DNA from: Octopus sinensis
Lineage: Eukaryota
Direction: 5' to 3'
DNA length: 64,000 bases
Assembly (NCBI RefSeq): GCF_006345805.1
Contig: NC_042997.1
Span: forward strand, 16,058,001 to 16,122,000
Shown: one piece after another, positions 38,289 through 51,359 of the stretch
Layout: the number at the start of each line of letters is the position of its first letter
Position numbering within the stretch: position 1 is the first letter of the stretch
Notes under the pieces: model-generated
Told to the model about the DNA's origin: nothing
The model's input: only the letters and a program-made list of their open reading frames with translations
Databases searched by the model: none
Position numbers and translations under genes: made by a program

Positions 38289-38525
38289 GTGGAAGCGCGT
38301 AGCTTAGTGGTTAGCGTGTCAGCATCATGATCGTAAGATTGTGGTTTCGATTCCTGGATCGGGCGACGCACTTCATTTCACGTTGCTCCAGTCCACTCAG
38401 CTGGCAAAAAAGAGTAACGCTGCGTTGGACTGGCGTCCCATCCAGCTGGGGAACACATACGCCATTGAAACCGGGTAACCGGGGCCATGAGCCTGGCTAG
38501 CCTTTAAAAGGGCGCATTTATTTTT
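38289..38525 (+). mobile_element. SINE family D
   Basis: Homology to 9349-9597. Confidence 0.85.
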
Positions 38526-38599
38526 ATTTATATATCATATATGTATGTATTATGTATGTATGTATGTATATATGTATGTATGTATGTATATATATGTAT

Positions 38600-38800
38600 A
38601 TGTATGTCTATGTGTGCGTATTTGTGTGTGTGCTTGTCCACCACTACCACCACCACTTGACAGCCGGCATTGGTTTTTGTACGTCCCCGTAACTTAGGAG
38701 TTCGCCAAAAAAGACCGATACAATAAGTACCGGGCTTAAAAAAAAATATGCACTGAGATCGATCAATTCGCGTAAACACTTGAAGGCAGTTCAAATCACG
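38600..38800 (-). mobile_element. SINE family A fragment
   Basis: Homology to the family A 3' half. Confidence 0.7.
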
Positions 38801-38919
38801 CCGTTTCCATCTTTGCCTTTATCTCTCTCCGGTCAAGTATTACAGTTGGGTGTATTGATTAATCTCTCCTGCATCTCAAGTCTTGTACTTATGATAGAAA
38901 CAATTATTGCAACTCGAGA

Positions 38920-39800
38920 TGCATTGGTTGTTGTTGTTGTTGTTGTTGTTGTTGTTGCTGTTGTTTCTGCTGCTACTGCTGTTGTTGTTGTTGTTCTCAG
39001 CATTGTTACTCTCGCTGTTTTGGTTCTTGTCCTTCATCTCTATATATGCCGCCTTATTTTTTCTGCTGTTGCAGCAATTGTTGTTTTTGTTGATGTTGTT
39101 GTTAATGTTGCGGCTATTGGTATTATTGTTGTTGTTACTATGATAGTGTTGCTGTTGTTGTTGCTGTTGTTGTTGTTGTTGTTGTTGTTGCTGCTGCTGC
39201 TGCTGTTACTGCCATTATTATTTCTGTGGTTGTTCTTCTCACTGCTGCTGCTGCTACTGTTGTTGTTGTTGCTGCTGCTGCTGCTGCTATTGCTGCAATT
39301 GCTTTTTCTGCGGCTGTTGTTCAATAGTTACTGATGTAATTGTTGTTGTCATTGCTGTCACCGTTGTTGTTGTTCGCGTTGTTTCTATTGTGAAACAGTT
39401 CGTCTGAAGTGGAACAAGCAGGGTGGCGACATTTTGAAGAGCTCTCGTTCGGCTGTCACCGATAACTGCAGTGACAGTCGTTGGAAGTATGGGGGCGGAG
39501 ACGAGTAGTGGTGGTGGTGGCGGTGGTGGCGGCGGTGGTGATTGCAGTTGGGAGTAACAGTATTGCGGTAGCAGCAGCAGCAGTAGTAGTGGTCGTGGCA
39601 GTGCTAGTGGCAGTGGTGATGGTGGTGGTGGTGGTGGCAACGGTGGTGGCGGCGGTGGTGGCGGTGGTGGTGGTGGTGGTGGTGGTGGTGGCGGTGGTCG
39701 TGATGGTGGTGGGGGTGGTGGTGGTAGTAGTAGTGGTGGTAGTGGCGGCGGCGGCGGTAGACAAGAAAAAGAACAGCAGCAACTACAACAACAAACTAGT
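38920..39800. repeat. Trinucleotide tract (GTT/GCT then GGT)
   Basis: Direct reading. Confidence 0.9.
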
Positions 39801-40204
39801 TGCAGGTGGCGGTGTGGAATTATTGAAGAAAAATAAGAAAAAAAAAAACGGTATGGAAGGACCCTCCCCTACACCACTACCATCACCACCCCGAAAAATG
39901 CGAAAATCGAATCAAAGTAGAGAAGAAAAGAGAAAAATAACAGAAAGTCTGGAAGAGAAGTGAACAGTGAAGTCGGGAGACAAGGTGTAAAAGGAGGAAG
40001 AGATATAGTCCCCTCTTGTAGTGGACACAGTTGTCAAAAAGTGGCAGCCCAAAATGACTTACCACATACTTCAATCTATATGTCTTCTCTGTCTGCTTCT
40101 TTGACAATATTTCGATCTATAGATCTCCCAGTTGATGCTAGCAAATTAGCAAATTAATTATACTGAGAAGTAAAGTTTATCGCCACTTAAACATGACTGT
40201 TCCG

Positions 40205-40420
40205 TAGAAACCGACCCCAGGAGGACGCCTCCTCCAGGTAGTAATTTGATGCAATCTGCACCCGATATATATTGCAGGCAGGGGAGTGAACCCCTATCAT
40301 CTTCTAATCGCGAGACTGGCTGACCGTACGGTTTCGACCTTTTGTAGTCATCAGCAGTGATGGATACTCGCCTGCTAGATAATGTTTAAGTCTATTTGTC
40401 TATACATCAATCTGCCTTCT
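40205..40420 (-). mobile_element. Family V repeat with HHR-like motif at 40315-40358
   Basis: Minus strand ACUG-CUGAUGA-CUACAAAAGGUC-GAAAC-CGUACG-GUC-AGCCAGU. Confidence 0.6.
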
Positions 40421-40696
40421 TTTTCAAACAGCATCTGTCTGCTGTTATGATGAATATATGTCATAATAACTAATCGGGGAATCTCTATGTGATCAATGGA
40501 ATTGGTTGGAATAGCAACCAAAATCCTTTAAAATCACATCCTATCGTTTTATAAAAGAAAAGAGGTAAGGGCAGTTTTCATAATAAAGTCCTTTGATAAC
40601 ACGAAATGGAGGGAATGATCAGGAGTAGAATGGTTTTACAAAGAGGTTTGACTGATCAAAGTTGGCCTGATAGAGCAACAACGTTATGTAAGTCAG

Positions 40697-40909
40697 ATCG
40701 CCATGTTGATTCGCTAGCCTCTGCACGCATTTTTTCTCTCCTTGTTTCTTTCTGTGTTTCTTTTTTGTGTATCTTTCTGTTGAAGAGCGTAGGCTCGAAA
40801 CGTAAAAGACTTGTTTTATTTATATTCCTGAGCGCCATACTAATACAATTGTTTGTTTGTATTCCACCTGCCTTCGTCTTTTGTTTATTTTCATAAAGCT
40901 TCCCGTTAT
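40697..40909 (+). mobile_element. Family H1 PLE-derived unit with A6U HHR-like motif (40772-40809)
   Basis: Same ends as 72-285. Confidence 0.8.
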
Positions 40910-41264
40910 ATGTGTATATATGTATGTATGTATGTATGTAGATCTTTAGCTGGGCTAAAAAGTCACATTCGATTACTGCACCAGTAACAGTAAGCTTCGT
41001 GCAATGGCCATACTCGATAACGAGGGGGCAGCCATAATGTATGTATGTATGTATGTATGTATGTATGTATGTATGTATGTATGTATGTATGCATGTATGT
41101 ATGTATGTATGTACGCATGTATGTATGTATGTATGTATGTATGTATGTATGTATGTATGTATGTATGTGTGTGTGTATGTATATATATACGAATAGATGT
41201 GTGTAAGCAGAGCCAATGTAAGTGAAGACCTTAGAGTCAGCATTTTGGTTTTTGATCGTTGTCT

Positions 41265-41545
41265 ATGTGCATAAGTGTGTGCGTGTGTGCGTGTATGTTG
41301 GTGTGTGTGTGTGTGTGTGTGGGTGTGTGTGTGTGTTTGTGTGTCTGTGTTTGTCCCCCTAGCATTGCTTGACAACCGATGCTGGTGTGTTTACGTCCCA
41401 TCACTTAGCGGTTCGGCAAAAGAGACCGATAGAATAAGTACTGGGCTTACAAGAATAAGTCCCGGGGTCGATTTGCTCGACTAAAGTGGTGCTCCCAGCA
41501 TGGCCACAGTCAAATGACTGTGAAACAAGTAAAAGAGTAAAGAGT
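41265..41545 (+). mobile_element. SINE family A, 3' half
   Basis: Homology to other copies. Confidence 0.85.
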
Positions 41546-41974
41546 ATTCAATTTCTCATCAATTTTCGACCAAATATAATCACAATTTCGACACCTTCCA
41601 TTAATATTGTCCAGTTTAGCAGTGTTAGCAATGTAAGTTGTCTTATGGGTGAGCAAAGGTCATAGATATACAAAGAACATATGAGACAATGACAGTAACA
41701 GACAAAACGGTAAATAAAAACGAGTTATAAGGAAAGGCGGAAAATGCAAAACGAAACCAAACGTATATTCGTATACAGAGAATGCCTTTCGACATGATGA
41801 AATTAAGACAAGTTGTGCAAAGAAATACTAATAGAAAATACAGTAAAACGTGAGAGATTGTTTGTAAGCTGTTTTGTTGTATCATCTTTCGTAGGCTTCA
41901 TTAACAAAAAATTATTATAAGTTACGTTATGTAAATTACATAATCAAAACGAATTGTTACGTTATATAAATTAC

Positions 41975-42357
41975 GAGGCGCAATGGCCCAGTGGTTAGGG
42001 CAGCGGACTCGCGGTCGTAGGATCGCGGTTTCGATTCCCAGACCGGGTGTTGTGAGTGTTTATTGAGCGAAAACACCTAAAGCTCCACGAGGCTCCGGCA
42101 GGGATGGTGGTGATCCCTGCTGTACTCTTTCACCACAACTTTTTCTCACTCTTACTTCCTGTTTCTGTTGTACCTGTATTTCAAAGGGCCGGCCTTGTCA
42201 CTCTCTGTGTCACGCTGAATATCCCCGAGAACTACGTTAAGGGTACACGTGTCTGTGGAGTGCTCAGTCACTTACACGTTAATTTCACGAGCAGGCTGTT
42301 CCGTTGATCGGATCAACCGGAACCCTCGTCGTCGTAACCGACGGAGTGCTTACCAAA
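41975..42357 (+). mobile_element. SINE family C
   Basis: 11-bp TSD atataaattac at 41964-41974 and 42358-42368. Confidence 0.92.
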
Positions 42358-42964
42358 ATATAAATTACATAATCAAAACGTATTGTCAAAGTTTCTTGTT
42401 GTACGCCGGTCCCAGCCAAAAGGCGTCGAGGGCTTGAAGCTCCACCATTAGCCACAATGATATACAAAAAATGGAAAGCTCATATGAAAGTTTTAATGCC
42501 CTATTACTTGTCAAAATAATTACTGACATACAGTTTGTGAATAGGCTTTCTAAAAACAGGCTTTTCCAGAATTTTTCGTCATTTTATTTAAGAAGTCTTT
42601 CAAAATTATTTCAAAGTTAATGGCTTTCATTATATTTTCTATAAGATAGCATTGCCAAATTATTTAGTGTCACTTGTGAAATTGTTGATCGTGGGTGTTT
42701 TAATCAGTTTTAGTTTTGCAAAACTTCTTCCACCTGATGTGACTGTTACAGGTATTGTCTCGTAAATCCTCAAAGTAATAAAAACAATCGGAAATGTCTA
42801 ATTCATCAAAGCGTCATCCGCACGAAAGTGTGCGCGTGGCCCTTTCTTGGTGTGGGGTCCTATTTGAACAAATCTGTCTAATTATATACTGCCTGCAGTA
42901 TATAATTACAGCCTTTCGCTTACAGGATCGGACCATCCACGGACCCGATAAGTAAAAGGCTGTA

Positions 42965-43365
42965 AAAGGCTGGATGGTCAGATCCCAAAGGATGTCCTCT
43001 TCGGAGAGCTTGTCGCAGAGCGGAGAAACATTGGCCACCCGAAGCTGAGGTACAGGGACGTGTGCAGGAGGGATATGAAGGCACTTGGCATCAACACCAA
43101 TTCCTGGGAGGATCTCGCAGCCGACCGAACCAGCTGGAGAGGCACTCTTCACAACCAACTGCAGACTGGCGAAGAGAAAACCGAGCCCGCAGAAGAGAAA
43201 TGACAGCCAACAGACCGGATTCAACGTATAGGCGTGACTTCTGCAAACGAGACTGCCACTCTCGCATCGGTCTCTAAAGCCACAGGAAGCGTTGCAAAAA
43301 CTGAATAGACAACTCAACGGACGGATGATATCTTCCATGGTCAGCCATAACCGACGGAGGCCCAA
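42965..43365 (+). mobile_element. RTE-clade LINE 3' fragment
   Basis: LDGQIPKDVLFGEL..HPKLRYRDVCRRDMKALGINTNSWEDLAADRTSWR..CDFCKRDCHSRIGL-like translation; 3' end atggtcagccataaccgacggagg. Confidence 0.85.
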
Positions 43366-43887
43366 GAACTTACCGGGTTCAAATTCTATGGATGTGAGCT
43401 TTGCCTTTTCACTTTCCAGAATCGATTAAATCATTAACTATTCCTATAAAGTATCGTAGGTATAATTAGGATTATAATAGAGTACTAAGTCCAAGATTAA
43501 CTGTCATTTAAAAGATATTACATTGAATAAGGTGGATAAAATAAAAGACAATGGGATAACTGCTGGAACATCACTGAATTTAAATCTACTTGACCTGAGC
43601 TGGTCTGTGGCTAAACAATCACAAAAGCAATGGTAACAAGATTACTATTTAGTATCAAAAGTGAACAACTACGAAGAATATCTAAGAAAATTACATTCAC
43701 TGCTTGTAGTCTTTTACTTGCGTACACAATTTATCTTCTATGTCAGTTTGTCGCTTTTCTATGGCGGAGTTCAATTCAAAAGTAGTTACGTTACCAATAC
43801 GGAATACACTAAAATCGAAGTAATTTATTTTTCTTGTAGTAGACATACGATGTCATATCATGGCCAATAAGAAAAAAAAATACTACA

Positions 43888-43920
<33 letters not shown>

Positions 43921-44553
43921 GCTGTTGCTGCCGTTGCTACTGCAAAAATCAACAACGGCGTCAACAATAGTAGCCTGCAGGCGTTTATCTGTCTGAAAAT
44001 GTTGTAGTGGACAGTTTATCAAATCTGTCAATGACAGTTTGTAACTATTGTAGCTAGTTTAAGCAATTTGAATCCATTTTCAACTCCATGAACTACAGCG
44101 TTATCCTGCAGATTTCTCTATTGTCTGTACGAAGCGGTGGTCAATTTGGAGAAGCTGAGTCGACCACAATTTTGTCAAGGGTTAACGGGATTATAAAAGA
44201 GTAAAAGAGAATTATTGACTGCGTGAATAAGAAACGATATTTATCTAAGGAAATGATGGCAGGAAGAAGGAAACTGGGAAATAAATAAATGAAAATAGTT
44301 TATTCGATAACCAAAAGAAATAAATGAAGGTAATTTAGAAAGTGTGTTACAGAGATATCACAACCCACCAACAGATTTAGCTTGATGAAATACAATTAAA
44401 ACGTCAAAGCTGTCTTTTTCCGCCCACTTCTGTCTTTCTTTTCCCCCTTTCTTCTTACTCTCCTCCTCCCCAAGTCTCTCACTCTAACAAATAAGTGATT
44501 GCAAAGAAGGTGTAACAATCGCAGGCGGTCTGCTTCAATATTTTCTTTCATAG

Positions 44554-44705
44554 AGGCGGCGAGCTGGCAGAAACGTTAGCACGCCGGGCGAAATGCGTAG
44601 CCGTATTTCGTCTGCCGTTACGTTCTGAGTTCAAATTCCGCCGAGGTCGACTTTCACTCTTTCGGGGTCGATAAATTAAGTACCAGTTATGTACTGGGTT
44701 GGTTG
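44554..44705 (+). mobile_element. SINE family B, 3' truncated
   Basis: Homology to other copies. Confidence 0.85.
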
Positions 44706-44944
44706 GTTCCTCTCCATTTGTAGCCCTTATGGACTATTTTAACGAAGACGCACGCCACTTATTTTATGGTTAAATAAAAAACGATGCTGAACGAGAATTG
44801 TTCGTCGCTGAAATGAACCGCCAGTCATCCGGAAAACAGAACAGTCAAGTAGTAAAAGACAGTAACAACTTTAGCAGCATCACCCACAGCAACAACAATA
44901 ATAGCGTACGTGAAGTCTATGAAAGTAATTTTCCTTTGCTTTAA

Positions 44945-45391
44945 GGCGGCGAGCTGGCAGAAACGTTAGCACGCCGGGCGAAATGCTTAGCCGAATTTCG
45001 TCTGCCATTACGTTCTAAGTTCAAATTCCGCCGAGGTCAACCTTGCCTTTCATCCTTTCGGGGTCGATAAATTAAGTACCAGTCACGCACTGGGGTCGAT
45101 ATAATCGACTTAATCAGTTTGACTGTCCTTGTTTGTTCCCTCTATGTTTGGCCCCTTGTGGGCAATAAAGAAATAAGAAACGTTAGCACGCCGGGCGAAA
45201 TGCTTAGCCGAATTTCGTCTGCCATTACGTTCTAAGTTCAAATTCCGCCGAGGTCAACCTTGCCTTTCATCCTTTCGGGGTCGATAAATTAAGTACCAGT
45301 CACGCATTGGGGTCGATATAATCGACTTAATCCGTTTGTCTGTCCTTGTTTGTCCCCTCTATGTTTAGCCCCTTGTGGGCAATAAAGAAAT
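44945..45391 (+). mobile_element. SINE family B dimer inside a single ~22-bp TSD
   Basis: aagtaattttcctttgctttaa at 44923-44944 and aagtaactttcctttgcttttaa at 45392-45414. Confidence 0.88.
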
Positions 45392-45527
45392 AAGTAACTT
45401 TCCTTTGCTTTTAACACCACTTTCACCATCGCAGGAACAAAAGACAACAAAAAGCAACAACACAAAGGAGAACACTGAAACCTGCACCACCACCGCCGGT
45501 GGCAGCAGCAGACCCACCACAACCACT

Positions 45528-45911
45528 GGGAAGCACTCCGTCGGTTACGACGACGAGGGTTCCGGTTGATCCGAATCAACTGAACAGCCTGCTCGTGAAA
45601 TTAACGTGTAAGTGACTGAGCACTCCACAGACACGTGTACCCTTAACGTAGTTCTCGGGGATATTCCGCGTGACACAGAGAGTGACAAGGCCGGCCCTTT
45701 GAAATACAGGTACAACAGAAACAGGAAGTAAGAGTGAGAGAAAGTTGTGGTGAAAGAGTACAGCAGGGATCACCACCACCCCCTGTCGGAACCTCGTGGA
45801 GCTTTAGGTGTTTTCGCTCAATAAACACTCACAACGCCCGGTCTGGGAATCGAAACCGCAATCCTATGACCGCGAGTCCGCTGCCCTAATCACTGGGCCA
45901 TTGCGCCTCCA
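45528..45911 (-). mobile_element. SINE family C
   Basis: 13-bp TSD caccacaaccact at 45515-45527 and 45912-45924. Confidence 0.92.
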
Positions 45912-46376
45912 CACCACAACCACTACCAATATCATTAAAGGAAAAGACAACGAAGAAAACAAACAACGTAAATCCATACTTTGCGATTTCGATTTTCCGC
46001 GGGTGACGAAACAAATAAGCGGAGACATTTTTATAAACGAAAGTGAATTCAAATGTTAAATGTATGTTGAAGAAATCTTGGAGAAATGTAGAACTAAATA
46101 TTCCTAGAACTGTCCAAGAAGAAATTAATTTGCTGACAGTTGTATATAAAATAAATTGAGCCAAAGGTATAGGAATAGACCAGGCAACACAAGCAGCATC
46201 TCGAAAAATGTTTAAGACCAGTTTGGAAGAGGAAAACCTATCTAACCAGTAGGAAGAAATATGGGACTGTTGAAATGAGGCTCGCCTCGGAGGAGGAGGC
46301 TAAATGTCACTCAAGAGTCACCCTAACGAGTGATGACCTCATCCTCATCCCCATCCTCATCCCCATCCCCATTTAC

Positions 46377-46484
46377 CTTGATCGTGGAGGATTCAAAGTA
46401 AGAATACTGAACATACCACTGGACATAAACATTTGATGGTTGGTCACTGCGATTCTCTTCGACATTGAACCGAAAACCACTATT
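46377..46484 (-). other. Candidate 108-bp internal exon of an unidentified gene
   Basis: Branch-point-like CCCTAAC, pyrimidine tract and CAG acceptor, AG/GTAAAT donor. Two frames are open (e.g. NSGFRFNVEENRSDQPSNVYVQWYVQYSYFESSTIK). No protein family recognised. Confidence 0.35.
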
Positions 46485-46629
46485 CTGCGAACATAGAGAA
46501 TGCAGAAGCAGAACCGGTTAGGGCAAGAGATGCAAGCTACAAGTATATTTGAATAGAGGTGGTTTACGAGAAGCTGTTTCCAAGAAGTAGAAGTCACGAA
46601 TTCTATCATAGATTTGCCTCTATTTTTAG

Positions 46630-46860
46630 TATCTCTTTTACTTGTTTCAGTCATTTGACTGTGGCCATGCTGGAGCACTGCCTTTAGTCGAGCAAATCGA
46701 CCCCAGGACTTATTCTATCGGCCTCTTTTGCCGAACCGCTATGTTACGGGGACGTAAACACACCACCATCGGTTGTCAAGTGATGTTGGTGGTGGTGGGA
46801 GGGGAACACAGACACACAAATATACACACGTGTGTGTGTGTATATATATATATGTTGGTG
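46630..46860 (-). mobile_element. SINE family A, 3' half
   Basis: Homology to other copies. Confidence 0.8.
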
Positions 46861-47716
46861 TAGTTTTCCCATGCCTGTGCTTGTTTATTAGTGAAAGTTT
46901 GAATGGGAACACGGTCGAAATTGTGGCTATCTGGAAGTTTCAATAGCACGATAAATTGTTTACGAAATATACGGTGTTATTTTAATTATGTACCTTATGC
47001 TAATAACGTACATCGACTGGGTATGGGTGTCTGTGTGCTTGCATGTATGTATTTTTATGGATATATGTGAGTAGTTATGTATGTAAACATATATGTGTGT
47101 ATGTAAGCTAGTATCTCCTGTATTGTGATTTATCCATATATATATGTGTAAGCGCACGTTTACATGTGTACGTATGTAAGTATTTCTTAACAAACCAACC
47201 GTAACGAAGACAATTGAAATTTAAATGTACCGGCGAATCATATTTAGCGTTCGATTCTTAACTATTTCTGAACGTAATACTTTACACATATCACAGTCAA
47301 AATTATGGCCTGCACTCGCATATACGCTTGTACACTTGTGGAACTTAATATCATGTAAACCAATGTTTTTCACTTTTCATTTTATATGTATATGCCGATC
47401 TTTAATGCTTTGCATGGTACTGTAGTAGTATTGTTGTTGTTGTTTTTGCTATTATGTTGCTAACCGCGTGATGCATATATTGTTTTGCTGGTATTAATGT
47501 TGTTAATAATAATAATAATGATATTAGTGGCAATAGTGGCAATGATAATAGTAATGATGGTAATATTAATAGCATCTTGTAACTTAATATAATGAACTCT
47601 TGACTTTGTATATCTGCATTTGAATATGGATACGTGTATGTTTTCTATATTATAATATCATAATATTATGTTGACCAACTGTAACATTGAATATGGAACA
47701 TATGTATGTATATTGA

Positions 47717-47887
47717 TTACCTTGATCGTGGAGGATTCAAAATAAGAATACTGAACATACCACTAGACATAAACATTTGATGGTTGGTCACTGCGATTCT
47801 CTTCGACATTGAACCGAAAACCACTATTCTGCGGTTAGGCCAAGAGATGCAGCTACAAGTATATTTGAATAGAGGTGGTTTACGAGA
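47717..47887 (-). pseudogene. Degraded duplicate of 46373-46571 (pseudo-exon candidate)
   Basis: 27-nt deletion of the pyrimidine tract, a 1-nt deletion, and CAG>TAG in one of the two open frames. Confidence 0.4.
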
Positions 47888-48034
47888 TTATTATGTATAT
47901 GTATATATGTATGTATAGGAGTATGGGTATATGCACTCATATGTATGTGTATATTATATATTATGGGTATGTACCCACTCTTGTATGGGTGTACCTCCTC
48001 TGATATTCATATTTAATTTAGTTTGTATTTCATA

Positions 48035-48161
48035 ATCTCTGAAGAGGCCTTGGGATATTTTTGTAAGTGTCTCATTTATAACTACATATTGACCTATCAC
48101 ACGTGGCTAATATGAGCATAATGAGACAACCATATCTGCATGGCCGAAACAGCTGTAAGAT
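48035..48161 (+). ncRNA. Type-I hammerhead ribozyme with canonical core and large stem II insertion (predicted cleavage after A48157)
   Basis: AUCU-CUGAAGA-GGCC..(~92 nt)..GGCC-GAAAC-AGCU-GUA-AGAU; inner helix ugucucauu/aaugagaca. Confidence 0.75.
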
Positions 48162-48204
48162 GTAGCTGATCATTGATTAAGATGTGTTTCTCCATTTTCT
48201 TATT

Positions 48205-48387
48205 TTGTATATATATATATACATATATACGACAGGCTTCTTTCAGTTTCCGTCTACCAAATCCACTCACAAGGTTTTGGTCGACCCGAGGCTATAGTGG
48301 AAGACACTTGCCGAAGGTGCCACGCAGTAGGAATGAACCTGGAATCATGTGGCTGGTAAGCAAGCTACTTACCACACAGCCACTCAC
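48205..48387 (-). mobile_element. SINE family A, 5' half
   Basis: Homology to other copies. Confidence 0.85.
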
Positions 48388-48611
48388 TACAGCACCAAAT
48401 TTTCCGTTAATATTCTTAAATATGCTTTAAAATAAACATTAAACACACGCACACACACACATAAACACACGCACGCACGCACGCACATGTATGTATGTAT
48501 ACCAGTCGATTGGTTGAAAAGATTGAACCAAGAACACGCCCAGATGCACACGTAAAACACCTGTAAGCATCTTAGAAATAAATGTAGATAACCCATTACG
48601 TGCCTTTGCGT

Positions 48612-48902
<291 letters not shown>

Positions 48903-51259
48903 ATGTTTCTTTATTAGCCACACAGGGCTGCACACAGATAGAACAAATTACAAGGTAGAGCTTTTCTTTTGAAGGTAAAAAAAAGGGGGGTTGATCAAAA
49001 GGGATCGTAAAAGGAGAGAAAGAGGACAAAAAAAAGGGGGGGTTAAAAAAAGGGGGAGAGGAAAAAAAAATTGATCAATAGGGATCGTTATCACAGAAAT
49101 GTCAATATGAAGTGTAAAGGGGGAGGGACAGGTGAGGTTTACCCGTGGAAGAAAAGCCTACGGAAAAGACCACGGTAACCTCGGTCAATGAAGTCACATG
49201 CTATATTTCTTTTTTTTTTTTTGCAAATAAGCAACTCTCTGTATTAATTTTTACGGTTCATAGAATCATAGTCAAGGTGGCTTCGTCATTCATACGTGCC
49301 ATCCTTGCTACATTCACCCATCTTTTTTTAAAACATTCACTAGACAAAACTTGCCTCTCTACTCTCACTTTTTTCTTCAAGTGATACTTGAAGAAGTTGA
49401 TGAGAGATTGACCAGAGAGGAAAGTGTTTGTCTCTAATCCTTTCAGGCGCGTCCACCAGATACATTCTTTCGCCATAGCCACAAGTATGATAAAAATAGC
49501 TCTTCCTCCCGTTTGAAGGAAGGAGGCGTGACGATATTAACGATAGACTCGGCTGATAAACCGACACGTCCCACACGTGACAGCAGTCGTTCGACATAAG
49601 CCCACAGGTGGGAAATTGCTGGACACTGCACGATTGCGTGCAGAGCGGTTTCGTCGCTCTGCCCGCCATCTCGGGCAGGTCGGCCCCGTGTTTTCGAGCC
49701 ATGCCTATAGAGCTTATCCCGAACGGGTAGCGCTTCTCGGTAGCACCGCCAGGCCAGGGATCTCTGGAAGTTGTCCATAGGTCCCGGCCGAAAGTCGTTT
49801 GAAACAGGCGGGTCAGGTATTCCTCGTCGACGCCCAGGTTTGCCCCGAGCTCGTCGTCGTACTCCCCTCCACTAATCCCTATAGAATGCTTTGGTTGTGT
49901 TGAAGTCACTCAAGGTCGACACGGGGGACGGCAGAGTTGCTTGAGAGCAAAGCAACGCGACAATCGCGGTGCATTCGCCTTCTTCGGCCTCTTTTTGATC
50001 CACGACTGTAGTTCGGTCATGGAGACGAGTTGCGGGAATGCGTGCCTCACAAACGGCGACCACACTGTTCACCGTCGTCTACATAGAGCCGGAGATGTCG
50101 CAGTCTCAGCGCGTGTCTGCGCATCATCAACCACGGCATGCCCAGCCCTCCTTTTAAGGGTGTTGACAGCAAAAGGATCGCCGACCATCGGGACGTCCTT
50201 TCCACAAGAAGCGGAAGAGGATGCGTTGTAGTTTGGTGATGGTAGGGTCGGGACAAGGTACGACGGTCAGGCGGTAGTAGATGACGGACGCGATGTACGC
50301 GTTCACCACCTCCGCCCGACCTTTTAGGGACAGTTTCCTCTCGGCCCATTGCTGGGCGAGAGTGACCACCCTACTCGTTATCTCGTTCCAGTTCTTCTCC
50401 ATTTGGAGGTCCGGACCGAACCAGACCCCCCGAGCAACTCAACCGAGCCGTCTGTCCAGCGTCCCACGACGGAGGTACTGGTGGACGGCATGGGCTTGCT
50501 TCTCCAATGCCGAGCCGCAGCCCACTGACTTTTCCCGGTTGATTTTGCTCCTGTCACCGCTTCGTAGTCTTTCAGTGTCTCGCCGACCCGCTCGATGTGC
50601 TCGTGGCTTGACACTATGACGGTGACCGTCGTTCGCGTATGCAGACACGCTCGTCCCGCATCCCAATTCTCGCGGGATGCCCCTTAGAGTCGCCAGCTTC
50701 CGCAGTAGTGGCTCAAGAGTCAATACGTATAGAAGCGCCGCGAGAGGGGGCATCCCTGACGGACCGAACGTGCAATGTCGAAAGGTCTCGATAGATGTCC
50801 ATTTACGCGAATTACCGAACGAATGCCCTGTACAAGCAGCTATCCAGCCGCGGAAGACGGGACCGAAACCAGCCGCTCTCAGGACTGCCTCAAAAGTATC
50901 GATGGTCTACCCTATCAAAGGCTTTCGATTGATCCAAGTTGATCAGGGCCCACACCATGCCAGGTTCGTTAACTACCCTGTCTATGATGTAGCGCATCAG
51001 ATGGAGGTTGTCATGGATGCTCCGGCCCGGCACGGCGCACGTTTGTGCGTTGTCGACCAGTTTCTCGATGACAAGCGCCAACCTCTTGGCTAAAACCTTG
51101 TCAAAAATTTTCAGGTCTGCATTGAGCGCGTGATTGGTCTAAAGTTATCTATAATGTTTCCCTTGTTTGATCTGCTTCAGCAGGGTTACAGCTCCTCGAC
51201 TCACAAAACGGGTATGCTCCCGTTTGCTGCCAGTTGCAGTATACCGCTGCCAAGACGTC
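48903..51259 (-). mobile_element. L1/Tx1-clade LINE (frameshifted RT, C-terminal Cys/His region, 3' UTR); 5' part lost in the assembly gap
   Basis: QTCAVPGRSIHDNLHLMRYII..LINLDQSKAFDRVDHRY, LLYVLTLEPLLRKL, NWNEITSRV..QWAERKLSLKGRAEVVNAYIASVIYY, WRCYREALPVRDKL, DETALHAIVQCP; ends in AATAAA-gaaac then (TATC)n. Confidence 0.9.
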
Positions 51260-51359
51260 NNNNNNNNNNNNNNNNNNNNNNNNNNNNNNNNNNNNNNNNN
51301 NNNNNNNNNNNNNNNNNNNNNNNNNNNNNNNNNNNNNNNNNNNNNNNNNNNNNNNNNNN
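51260..51359. other. Assembly gap (100 N)
   Basis: Direct reading. Confidence 1.

Noticed and set aside
40066-40119. 54-bp minus-strand exon (IEILSKKQTEKTYRLKYV) with GTAAGT donor
   Set aside because: The acceptor is weak and stronger nearby acceptors give stops in all frames; insufficient support.
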